A model generated the notes under the pieces. It saw only the letters and a program-made list of their open reading frames with translations, had not been told where the DNA came from and made no database searches. Positions 50,141 through 61,040 of a DNA stretch of 64,000 bases are shown here, piece by piece (positions within the stretch are counted from its first letter, which is position 1; each line of letters opens with the position of its first letter). The stretch lies in NCBI GenBank assembly GCA_964016885.1, contig OZ024743.1, positions 136,834,001-136,898,000 of the forward strand. The letters are read 5' to 3'. Source of the stretch: Eledone cirrhosa (taxonomy: Eukaryota). The position numbers and the translations under genes are program-made.

Positions 50141-53100
50141 GGTGTTTGGTGTTTGCTGTTTGGTGTTTGGTGTTTGTTGTTTGGTGTTTGTTGTTTGGTG
50201 TTTGCTGTTTGGTGTTTGTTGTTTGCTTTTTGGTGTTTGGTGTTTGATGTATGTTGTTTGCTGTTTGGTGCTTGGTGTTTGGTGTTTGGTGCTTGGTGTT
50301 TGGTGTTTGGTGCTTGGTGTTTGGTGCTTTTTGCTTGGTGCTTGGTGCTTGGTGTTTGGTGCTGGGTGCTTGGTGCTTGGTGTTTGGTGTTATATGCTTG
50401 GTGTTTGATGCTTGGTGCTTGGTACTTGGTGTTTGGTGTTTGGTGCTTGGTGTTTGGTGCTGCGTGCTTGGTGCTTGGTGCTTGGTGCTTGGTGCTTGGT
50501 GTTTTGTGTTTGGTGTTTGATGCTTGGTGTTTGGTGCTTGGTGCTTGGTGTTTGGTGCTTGGTGCTGGGTGGTTGGTGTTTGGTGCTTGGTGTTTGGTGC
50601 TGTGTGCTTGGTGTTTGGTGCTGGGTGCTTGGTGTTTGGTGCTTGGTGCTTGGTCTTTGGTGCTTGGTGTTTGGTGCTTGGTGCTTGGTGCTTGGTGTTT
50701 GGTGCTTGGTGCTTGGTGTTTGGTGCTTGGTGCTTGGTGTTTGGTTTTTGGTGCTTGGTGCTTGGTGTTTGGTGTTTGGTGCTTGCTGCTGGCTGCTTGG
50801 TGTTTGATGCATGGTGATTGGTGCTTGGTGTTTGGTGCTTGGTGTTTGGTGTTTGATGCTTGGTGCTTGGTGCTTGGTGTTTGGTGCTTGGTGCTTGGTG
50901 TTTGGTGCTTGGTGCTTGGTGTTTGGTGCTTGGTGTTTGGTGCTTGGTGTTTGGTGCTTGGTGCTTGGTGCTTGGTGCTTGGTGTTTGGTGGTTGGTGCT
51001 TGGTGCTTGGTGTTAGGTGTTTGGTGCTTTGTGCTTGGTGTTTGGTGTTTGGTGCTTGGTGTTTGGTGTTTGGTGCTTGGTGTTTGGTGCTTGGTACTTG
51101 GTGCTTGGTGCTTGGTGTTAGGTGTTTGGTGCTTGGTGCTTGGTGTCTGGTTTTTGGTGCTTGGTGCTTGGTGTTTGGTGTTTGGTGCTTGCTGCTGGCT
51201 GCTTGGTGTTTGGTGCTTGGTGATTGGTGCTTGGTGTTTGCTGCTTGGTGTTTGGTGTTTGGTGCTTGGTGATTGGTGTTTGTACTTGGTGCTTGGTGCT
51301 TGGTTCTTGGTGTTTGGTGCTTGGTGCTTGGTGTTTGATGTTATATGCTTGGTGTTTGATGCTTGGTGCTTGGTGCTTGGTGTTTGGTGTTTGGTGCTTG
51401 GTGTTTGGTGTTTGGTGCTTGGTGTTTGGTGCTTTTTGCTTGGTGCTTGGTGCTTGGTGTTTGGTGCTGGGTGCTTGGTGCTTGGTGTTTGGTGTTATAT
51501 GCTTGGTGTTTGATGCTTGGTGCTTGGTGCTTGGTGTTTGGTGTTTGGTGCTTGGTGTTTGATGCTTGGTGCTTGGTGCTTGGTGTTTGGTGCTTGGTGC
51601 TTGGTGTTTGGTGCTTGGTGCTTGGTGTTTGGTGATTGGTGTTTGGTGCTTGGTGTTTGGTGCTTGGTGCTTGGTGCTTGGTGCTTGGTGTTTGGTGGTT
51701 GGTGCTTGGTGCTTGGTGTTAGGTGTTTGGTGCTTGGTGCTTGGTGTCTGGTTTTTGGTGCTTGGTGCTTGCTGTTTGGTGCTTGTTGCTGGCTGCTTGG
51801 TGTTTGGTGCTTGGTGATTGGTGCTTGGTGTTTGGTGCTTGGTGTTTGGTGTTTGGTGCTTGGTGTTTGTACTTGGTGTTTGGTGCTTGGTGTTTGGTGC
51901 TAGGTGCTTGGTGTTTGGTGCTTGGTGCTTGGTGTTTGGTGCCTGGTGCTTGGTGTTTGGTGTTTGGTGTTTGGTGCTTGGTGCTTGGTGTTTGGTGTTT
52001 GCTGTTTGGTGTTTGGTGTTTGTTGTTTGGTGTTTGTTGTTTGGTGTTTGCTGTTTGGTGTTTGGTGTTTGCTTTTTGGTGTTTGGTGTTTGATGTATGT
52101 TGTTTGCTGTTTGGTGCTTGGTGTTTGGTGTTTGGTGCTTGGTGTTTGGTGTTTGGTGCTTGGTGTTTGGTGCTTTTTGCTTGGTGCTTGGTGCTTGGTG
52201 TTTGGTGCTGGGTGCTTGGTGCTTGGTGTTTGGTGTTATATGCTTGGTGTTTGATGCTTGGTGCTTGGTGCTTGGTGTTTGGTGTTTGGTGCTTGGTGTT
52301 TGGTGCTGCGTGCTTGGTGCTTGGTGCTTGGTGCTTGGTGCTTGGTGTTTTGTGTTTGGTGTTTGATGCTTGGTGTTTGGTGCTTGGTGCTTGGTGTTTG
52401 GTGCTTGGTGCTGGGTGGTTGGTGTTTGGTGCTTGGTGTTTGGTGCTGTGTGCTTGGTGTTTGGTGCTGGGTGCTTGGTGTTTGGTGCTTGGTGCTTGGT
52501 CTTTGGTGCTTGGTGTTTGGTGCTTGGTGCTTGGTGCTTGGTGTTTGGTGCTTGGTGCTTGGTGTTTGGTGCTTGGTGCTTGGTGTTTGGTTTTTGGTGC
52601 TTGGTGCTTGGTGTTTGGTGTTTGGTGCTTGCTGCTGGCTGCTTGGTGTTTGATGCATGGTGATTGGTGCTTGGTGTTTGGTGCTTGGTGTTTGGTGTTT
52701 GATGCTTGGTGCTTGGTGCTTGGTGTTTGGTGCTTGGTGCTTGGTGTTTGGTGCTTGGTGCTTGGTGTTTGGTGCTTGGTGTTTGGTGCTTGGTGTTTGG
52801 TGCTTGGTGCTTGGTGCTTGGTGCTTGGTGTTTGGTGGTTGGTGCTTGGTGCTTGGTGTTAGGTGTTTGGTGCTTGGTGCTTGGTGTTTGGTGTTTGGTG
52901 CTTGGTGTTTGGTGTTTGGTGCTTGGTGTTTGGTGCTTGGTACTTGGTGCTTGGTGCTTGGTGTTAGGTGTTTGGTGCTTGGTGCTTGGTGTCTGGTTTT
53001 TGGTGCTTGGTGCTTGGTGTTTAGTGTTTGGTGCTTGCTGCTGGCTGCTTGGTGTTTGGTGCTTGGTGATTGGTGCTTGGTGTTTGGTGCTTGGTGTTTG

Positions 53101-53231
53101 GTGTTTGGTGCTTGGTGATTGGTGTTTGTACTTGGTGCTTGGTGCTTGGTTCTTGGTGTTTGGTGCTTGGTGCTTGGTGTTTGGTGTTATATGCTTGGTG
53201 TTTGATGCTTGGTGCTTGGTGCTTGGTGTTT
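49540..53231 (+). repeat. 1846-bp tandem duplication
   Basis: ORF pairs 49877/51723, 50390/52236 and 50811/52657. Markers TGCGTGC at 50461/52307 and TGTGTGC at 50601/52447. 1846 = 262x7 + 2x6. Confidence 0.9.
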
Positions 53232-53339
53232 GGTGTTTGGTGTTTGATGCTTGGTGCTTGGTGTTTGGTGCTTGGTGCTTGGTGTTTGTACTTGGTGCTT
53301 GGTGCTTGGTGCTTGGTGTTTGGTGCTTGGTGCTTGGTG

Positions 53340-55860
53340 CTTGGTGCTTGGTCCTTGGTGCTTGGTGTTTGGTGGTTGGTGTTTGGTGCTTGGTGTTAGG
53401 TGTTTGGTGCTTGGTGCTTGGTGTTTGGTGTTTGGTGCTTGGTGTTTGGTGTTTGGTGCTTGGTGTTTGGTGCTTGGTACTTGGTGCTTGGTGCTTGGTG
53501 TTAGGTGTTTGGTGCTTGGTGTTTGGTGCTTGGTGTTTGGTGCTTGGTGCTTGGTGCTTGGTGCTTGGTGCTTGGTGTTTGGTGGTTGGTGTTTGGTGCT
53601 TGGTGTTTGGTGCTTGGTGTTAGGTGTTTGGTGCTTGGTGCTTGGTGTTTGGTGTTTGGTGCTTGGTGTTTGGTGTTTGGTGCTTGGTGTTTGGGGCTTT
53701 TTGCTTGGTGCTTGGTGCTTGGTGTTTGGTGCTGGGTGCTTGGTGCTTGGTGTTTGGTGTTATATGCTTGGTGTTTGATGCTTGGTGTTTGGTGCTTGGT
53801 GTTTGGTGTTTGGTGCTTGGTGTTTGATGCTTGGTGCTTGGTGCTTGGTGTTTGGTGCTTGGTGCTTGGTGTTTGGTGCTTGGTGCTTGGTGTTTGGTGC
53901 TTGGTGTTTGGTGCTTGGTGCTTGGTGTTTGGTGGTTGGTGCTTGGTGCTTGGTGTTAGGTGTTTGGTGCTTGGTGCTTGGTGTCTGGTTTTTGGTGCTT
54001 GGTGCTTGGTGTTTGGTGCTTGTTGCTGGCTGCTTGGTGTTTGGTGCTTGGTGATTGGTGCTTGGTGTTTGGTGCTTGGTGTTTGGTGTTTGGTGCTTGG
54101 TGTTTGTACTTGGTGTTTGGTGCTTGGTGTTTGGTGCTAGGTGCTTGGTGTTTGGTGCTTGGTGCTTGGTGTTTGGTGCCTGGTGCTTGGTGTTTGGTGT
54201 TTGGTGTTTGGTGCTTGGTGCTTGGTGTTTGGTGTTTGCTGTTTGCTGTTTGGTGTTTGTTGTTTGGTGTTTGTTGTTTGGTGTTTGCTGTTTGGTGTTT
54301 GGTGTTTGCTTTTTGGTGTTTGGTGTTTGATGTATGTTGTTTGCTGTTTGGTGTTTGGTGTTTGGTGTTTGGTGCTTGGTGCTTGGTGTTTGGTGCTTGG
54401 TGCTTGGTGTTTGGTGCCTGGTGCTTGGTGCATGGTGCTTGGTGTTTGGTGTTTGGTGCTTGGTGCTTGGAGTTTGGTGTTTGGTGCTTGGTGCTTGGTG
54501 TTTCGTTTTTCGTGTTTGGTTTTTGGTGCTTGGTGCTTGGTGCTTGGTCCTTGGTGTTTGGTGCTGGGTGCATTGTGTTTGGTGCTTGGCGCTTGGTGCT
54601 TGGTGCTTGGTGTTTGGTGCTTGGTGCTTGGTGCTTGGTCCTTGGTGCTTGGTGTTTGGTGGTTGGTGTTTGGTGCTTGGTGTTTGGTGTTTGGTGCTTG
54701 GTGCTTGGTGTTTGGTGTTTGGTGCTTGGTGTTTGGTGTTTGGTGCTTGGTGTTTGGTGCTTGGTACTTGGTGCTTGGTGCTTGGTGTTAGGTGTTTGGT
54801 GCTTGGTGTTTGGTGCTTGGTGTTTGGTGCTTGGTGCTTGGTGCTTGGTGCTTGGTGTTTGGTGGTTGGTGTTTGGTGCTTGGTGTTTGGTGCTTGGTGT
54901 TAGGTGTTTGGTGCTTGGTGCTTGGTGTTTGGTGTTTGGTGCTTGGTGTTTGGTGTTTGGTGCTTGGTGTTTGGGGCTTTTTGCTTGGTGCTTGGTGCTT
55001 GGTGTTTGGTGCTGGGTGCTTGGTGCTTGGTGTTTGGTGTTATATGCTTGGTGTTTGATGCTTGGTGCTTGGTGCTTGGTGTTTGGTGTTTGGTGCTTGG
55101 TGTTTGATGCTTGGTGCTTGGTGCTTGGTGTTTGGTGCTTGGTGCTTGGTGTTTGGTGCTTGGTGCTTGGTGTTTGGTGCTTGGTGTTTGGTGCATGGTG
55201 CTTGGTGTTTGGTGGTTGGTGCTTGGTGCTTGATGTTAGGTGTTTGGTGCTTGGTGCTTGGTGTCTGGTTTTTGGTGCTTGGTGCTTGGTGTTTGGTGCT
55301 TGTTGCTGGCTGCTTGGTGTTTGGTGCTTGGTGATTGGTGCTTGGTGTTTGGTGCTTGGTGTTTGGTGTTTGGTGCTTGGTGTTTGTACTTGGTGTTTGG
55401 TGCTTGGTGTTTGGTGCTAGGTGCTTGGTGTTTGGTGCTTGGTGCTTGGTGTTTGGTGCCTGGTGCTTGGTGTTTGGTGTTTGGTGTTTGGTGCTTGGTG
55501 CTTGGTGTTTGGTGTTTGCTGTTTGCTGTTTGGTGTTTGTTGTTTGGTGTTTGTTGTTTGGTGTTTGCTGTTTGGTGTTTGGTGTTTGCTTTTTGGTGTT
55601 TGGTGTTTGATGTATGTTGTTTGCTGTTTGGTGTTTGGTGTTTGGTGTTTGGTGCTTGGTGCTTGGTGTTTGGTGCTTGGTGCTTGGTGTTTGGTGCCTG
55701 GTGCTTGGTGTTTGGTGTTTGGTGCTTGGTGCTTGGAGTTTGGTGTTTGGTGCTTGGTGTTTGGTGTTTCGTGTTTCGTGTTTGGTGCTTGGTGCTTGGT
55801 GCTTGGTCCTTGGTGTTTGGTGCTGGGTGCATTGTGTTTGGTGCTTGGTGCTTGGTGCTT
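53340..55860 (+). repeat. 1280-bp tandem duplication
   Basis: ORF pairs 53624/54904, 53960/55240 and 54055/55335. Marker TTGGGGC TTTTTGC at 53691/54971. 1280 = 182x7 + 6. Confidence 0.88.
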
Positions 55861-55999
55861 GGTGCTTGGTGTTTGGTGTTTGCTGCTTGGTGTTTGATGC
55901 TTGGTGCTTGGTGCTTGGTGTTTTGTGTTTGGTGCTTGGTGGTTGGTGCTTGGTGTTTGGTGCTTGGTGCTTGGTGCTTGGTGTTTTGTGTTTGGTGCT

Positions 56000-56215
56000 T
56001 GGTGCTTGGTGTTTGGTGCTTGGTGCTGGGTGGTTGGTGTTTGGTGCTTGGTGTTTGGTGCTGGGTGCTTGGTGTTTGGTGCTGGGTGCTTGGTGTTTGG
56101 TGCTTGGTGCTTGGTGTTTGGTGCTTGGTGCTGGGTGGTTGGTGTTTGGTGCTTGGTGTTTGGTGCTGGGTGCTTGGTGTTTGGTGCTGGGTGCTTGGTG
56201 TTTGGTGCTTGGTGC
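56000..56215 (+). repeat. 105-bp (15-monomer) local duplication
   Basis: TGGGTGG at 56027 and 56132, each followed by two TGGGTGC monomers at the same spacing. Confidence 0.8.
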
Positions 56216-56659
56216 TTGGTCTTTGGTGCTTGGTGTTTGGTGCTTGGTGCTTGGTGCTTGGTGTTTGGTGCTTGGTGCTTGGTGTTTGGTGCTTGGTGCT
56301 TGGTGTTTGGTTTTTGGTGCTTGGTGCTTGGTGTTTGGTGTTTGGTGCTTGCTGCTGGCTGCTTGGTGTTTGATGCATGGTGATTGGTGCTTGGTGTTTG
56401 GTGCTTGGTGTTTGGTGTTTGATGCTTGGTGCTTGGTGCTTGGTGTTTGGTGCTTGGTGCTTGGTGTTTGGTGCTTGGTGCTTGGTGTTTGGTGCTTGGT
56501 GTTTGGTGCTTGGTGTTTGGTGCTTGGTGCTTGGTGCTTGGTGCTTGGTGTTTGGTGGTTGGTGCTTGGTGCTTGGTGTTAGTTGTTTGGTGCTTGGTGC
56601 TTGGTGTTTGGTGTTTGGTGCTTGGTGTTTGGTGTTTGGTGCTTGGTGTTAGGTGTTTG

Positions 56660-57585
56660 GTGCTTGGTGCTTGGTGTTTGGTGTTTGGTGCTTGGTGTTT
56701 GGTGTTTGGTGCTTGGTATTTGGTGCTTGGTACTTGGTGCTTGGTGCTTGGTGTTAGGTGTTTGGTGCTTGGTGTTTGGTGCTTGGTGTTTGGTGCTTGG
56801 TGCTTGGTGCTTGGTGCTTGGTGTTTGGTGGTTGGTGTTTGGTGCTTGGTGTTTGGTGCTTGGTGTTAGGTGTTTGGTGCTTGGTGCTTGGTGTTTGGTG
56901 TTTGGTGCTTGGTGTTTGGTGTTTGGTGCTTGGTGTTTGGTGCTTTTTGCTTGGTGCTTGGTGCTTGGTGTTTGGTGCTGGGTGCTTGGTGCTTGGTGTT
57001 TGGTGTTATATGCTTGGTGTTTGATGCTTGGTGCTTGGTGCTTGGTGTTTGGTGTTTGGTGCTTGGTGTTTGATGCTTGGTGCTTGGTGCTTGGTGTTTG
57101 GTGCTTGGTGCTTGGTGTTTGGTGCTTGGTGCTTGGTGTTTGGTGTTTGGTGCTTGGTGTTTGGTGTTTGGTGCTTGGTATTTGGTGCTTGGTACTTGGT
57201 GCTTGGTGCTTGGTGTTAGGTGTTTGGTGCTTGGTGTTTGGTGCTTGGTGTTTGGTGCTTGGTGCTTGGTGCTTGGTGCTTGGTGTTTGGTGGTTGGTGT
57301 TTGGTGCTTGGTGTTTGGTGCTTGGTGTTAGGTGTTTGGTGCTTGGTGCTTGGTGTTTGGTGTTTGGTGCTTGGTGTTTGGTGTTTGGTGCTTGGTGTTT
57401 GGTGCTTTTTGCTTGGTGCTTGGTGCTTGGTGTTTGGTGCTGGGTGCTTGGTGCTTGGTGTTTGGTGTTATATGCTTGGTGTTTGATGCTTGGTGCTTGG
57501 TGCTTGGTGTTTGGTGTTTGGTGCTTGGTGTTTGATGCTTGGTGCTTGGTGCTTGGTGTTTGGTGCTTGGTGCTTGGTGTTTGGT
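56660..57585 (+). repeat. 462-bp (66-monomer) tandem duplication
   Basis: Identical ORFs 56758/57220 and 56870/57332. TTGGTAT..TTGGTAC, TTTTTGC and TATATGC all repeat at offset 462. Confidence 0.88.
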
Positions 57586-60500
57586 GCTTGGTGCTTGGTG
57601 TTTGGTGCTTGGTGTTTGGTGCTTGGTGTTTGGTGCTTGGTGCTTGGTGCTTGGTGCTTGGTGTTTGGTGGTTGGTGCTTGGTGCTTGGTGTTAGGTGTT
57701 TGGTGCTTGGTGCTTGGTGTCTGGTTTTTGGTGATTGGTGCTTGCTGTTTGGTGCTTGTTGCTGGCTGCTTGGTGTTTGGTGCTTGGTGATTGGTGCTTG
57801 GTGTTTGGTGCTTGGTGTTTGGTGTTTGGTGCTTGGTGTTTGTACTTGGTGTTTGGTGCTTGGTGTTTGGTGCTAGGTGCTTGGTGTTTGGTGCTTGGTG
57901 CTTGGTGTTTGGTGCCTGGTGCTTGGTGTTTGGTGTTTGGTGTTTGGTGCTTGGTGCTTGGTGTTTGGTGTTTGCTGTTTGCTGTTTGGTGTTTGTTGTT
58001 TGGTGTTTGTTGTTTGGTGTTTGCTGTTTGGTGTTTGGTGTTTGCTTTTTGGTGTTTGGTGTTTGATGTATGTTGTTTGCTGTTTGGTGCTTGGTGTTTG
58101 GTGTTTGGTGCTTGGTGTTTGGTGTTTGGTGCTTGGTGTTTGGTGCTTTTTGCTTGGTGCTTGGTGCTTGGTGTTTGGTGCTGGGTGCTTGGTGCTTGGT
58201 GTTTGGTGTTATATGCTTGGTGTTTGATGCTTGGTGCTTGGTGCTTGGTGTTTGGTGTTTGGTGCTTGGTGTTTGGTGCTGCGTGCTTGGTGCTTGGTGC
58301 TTGGTGCTTGGTGCTTGGTGTTTTGTGTTTGGTGTTTGATGCTTGGTGTTTGGTGCTTGGTGCTGGGTGGTTGGTGTTTGGTGCTTGGTGTTTGGTGCTG
58401 GGTGCTTGGTGTTTGGTGCTGGGTGCTTGGTGTTTGGTGCTTGGTGCTTGGTCTTTGGTGCTTGGTGTTTGGTGCTTGGTGCTTGGTGCTTGGTGTTTGG
58501 TGCTTGGTGCTTGGTGTTTGGTGCTTGGTGCTTGGTGTTTGGTTTTTGGTGCTTGGTGCTTGGTGTTTGGTGTTTGGTGCTTGCTGCTGGCTGCTTGGTG
58601 TTTGATGCATGGTGATTGGTGCTTGGTGTTTGGTGCTTGGTGTTTGGTGTTTCATGCTTGGTGCTTGGTGCTTGGTGTTTGGTGCTTGGTGCTTGGTGTT
58701 TGGTGCTTGGTGCTTGGTGTTTGGTGCTTGGTGTTTGGTGCTTGGTGTTTGGTGCTTGGTGCTTGGTGCTTGGTGCTTGGTGTTTGGTGGTTGGTGCTTG
58801 GTGCTTGGTGTTAGGTGTTTGGTGCTTGGTGCTTGGTGTTTGGTGTTTGGTGCTTGGTGTTTGGTGTTTGGTGCTTGGTGTTTGGTGCTTGGTACTTGGT
58901 GCTTGGTGCTTGGTGTTAGGTGTTTGGTGCTTGGTGCTTGGTGTCTGGTTTTTGGTGCTTGGTGCTTGGTGTTTGGTGTTTGGTGCTTGCTGCTGGCTGC
59001 TTGGTGTTTGGTGCTTGGTGATTGGTGTTTGGTGTTTGGTGCTTGGTGTTTGGTGTTTGGTGCTTGGTGATTGGTGTTTGTACTTGGTGCTTGGTGCTTG
59101 GTTCTTGGTGTTTGGTGCTTGGTGCTTGGTGTTTGGTGTTATATGCTTGGTGTTTGATGCTTGGTGCTTGGTGCTTGGTGTTTGGTGTTTGGTGTTTGAT
59201 GCTTGGTGCTTGGTGTTTGGTGCTTGGTGCTTGGTGTTTGTACTTGGTGCTTGGTGCTTGGTGCTTGGTGTTTGGTGCTTGGTGCTTGGTGCTTGGTGCT
59301 TGGTCCTTGGTGCTTGGTGTTTGGTGGTTGGTGTTTGGTGCTTGGTGTTAGGTGTTTGGTGCTTGGTGCTTGGTGTTTGGTGTTTGGTGCTTGGTGTTTG
59401 GTGTTTGGTGCTTGGTGTTTGGTGCTTGGTACTTGGTGCTTGGTGCTTGGTGTTAGGTGTTTGGTGCTTGGTGTTTGGTGCTTGGTGTTTGGTGCTTGGT
59501 GCTTGGTGCTTGGTGCTTGGTGTTTGGTGGTTGGTGTTTGGTGCTTGGTGTTTGCTGCTTGGTGTTAGGTGTTTGGTGCTTGGTGCTTCGTGTTTGGTGT
59601 TTGGTGCTTGGTGTTTGGTGTTTGGTGCTTGGTGTTTGGGGCTTTTTGCTTGGTGCTTGGTGCTTGGTGTTTGGTGCTGGGTGCTTGGTGCTTGGTGTTT
59701 GGTGTTATATGCTTGGTGTTTGATGCTTGGTGCTTGGTGCTTGGTGTTTGGTGTTTGGTGCTTGGTGTTTGATGCTTGGTGCTTGGTGCTTGGTGTTTGG
59801 TGCTTGGTGCTTGGTGTTTGGTGCTTGGTGCTTGGTGTTTGGTGCTTGGTGTTTGGTGCTTGGTGCTTGGTGTTTGGTGGTTGGTGCTTGGTGCTTGGTG
59901 TTAGGTGTTTGGTGCTTGGTGCTTGGTGTCTGGTTTTTGGTGCTTGGTGCTTGGTGTTTGGTGCTTGTTGCTGGCTTCTTGGTGTTTGGTGCTTGGTGAT
60001 TGGTGCTTGGTGTTTGGTGCTTGGTGTTTGGTGTTTGGTGCTTGGTGTTTGTACTTGGTGTTTGGTGCTTGGTGTTTGGTGCTAGGTGCTTGGTGTTTGG
60101 TGCTTGGTGCTTGGTGTTTGGTGCCTGGTGCTTGGTGTTTGGTGTTTGGTGTTTGGTGCTTGGTGCTTGGTGTTTGGTGTTTGCTGTTTGCTGTTTGGTG
60201 TTTGTTGTTTGGTGTTTGTTGTTTGGTGTTTGCTGTTTGGTGTTTGGTGTTTGCTTTTTGGTGTTTGGTGTTTGATGTATGTTGTTTGCTGTTTGGTGTT
60301 TGGTGTTTGGTGTTTGGTGCTTGGTGCTTGGTGTTTGGTGCTTGGTGCTTGGTGTTTGGTGCCTGGTGCTTGGTGCATGGTGCTTGGTGTTTGGTGTTTG
60401 GTGCTTGGTGCTTGGAGTTTGGTGTTTGGTGCTTGGTGCTTGGTGTTTCGTGTTTCGTGTTTGGTTTTTGGTGCTTGGTGCTTGGTGCTTGGTCCTTGGT

Positions 60501-61040
60501 GTTTGGTGCTGGGTGCATTGTGTTTGGTGCTTGGCGCTTGGTGCTTGGTGCTTGGTGTTTGGTGCTTGGTGCTTGGTGCTTGGTGCTTGGTCCTTGGTGC
60601 TTGGTGTTTGGTGGTTGGTGTTTGGTGCTTGGTGTTAGGTGTTTGGTGCTTGGTGCTTGGTGTTTGGTGTTTGGTGCTTGGTGTTTGGTGTTTGGTGCTT
60701 GGTGTTTGGTGCTTGGTACTTGGTGCTTGGTGCTTGGTGTTAGGTGTTTGGTGCTTGGTGTTTGGTGCTTGGTGTTTGGTGCTTGGTGCTTGGTGCTTGG
60801 TGCTTGGTGTTTGGTGGTTGGTGTTTGGTGCTTGGTGTTTGGTGCTTGGTGTTAGGTGTTTGGTGCTTGGTGCTTGGTGTTTGGTGTTTGGTGCTTGGTG
60901 TTTGGTGTTTGGTGCTTGGTGTTTGGGGCTTTTTGCTTGGTGCTTGGTGCTTGGTGTTTGGTGCTGGGTGCTTGGTGCTTGGTGTTTGGTGTTATATGCT
61001 TGGTGTTTGATGCTTGGTGCTTGGTGCTTGGTGTTTGGTG
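57400..61040 (+). repeat. ~3.6-kb displaced copy of about 51430-55090 (offset 5973 to 5945)
   Basis: TATATGC at 51496/57469. ORF pairs 51818/57791, 52097/58070, 52657/58609, 53624/59569, 53960/59905 and 54792/60744. Confidence 0.87.
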
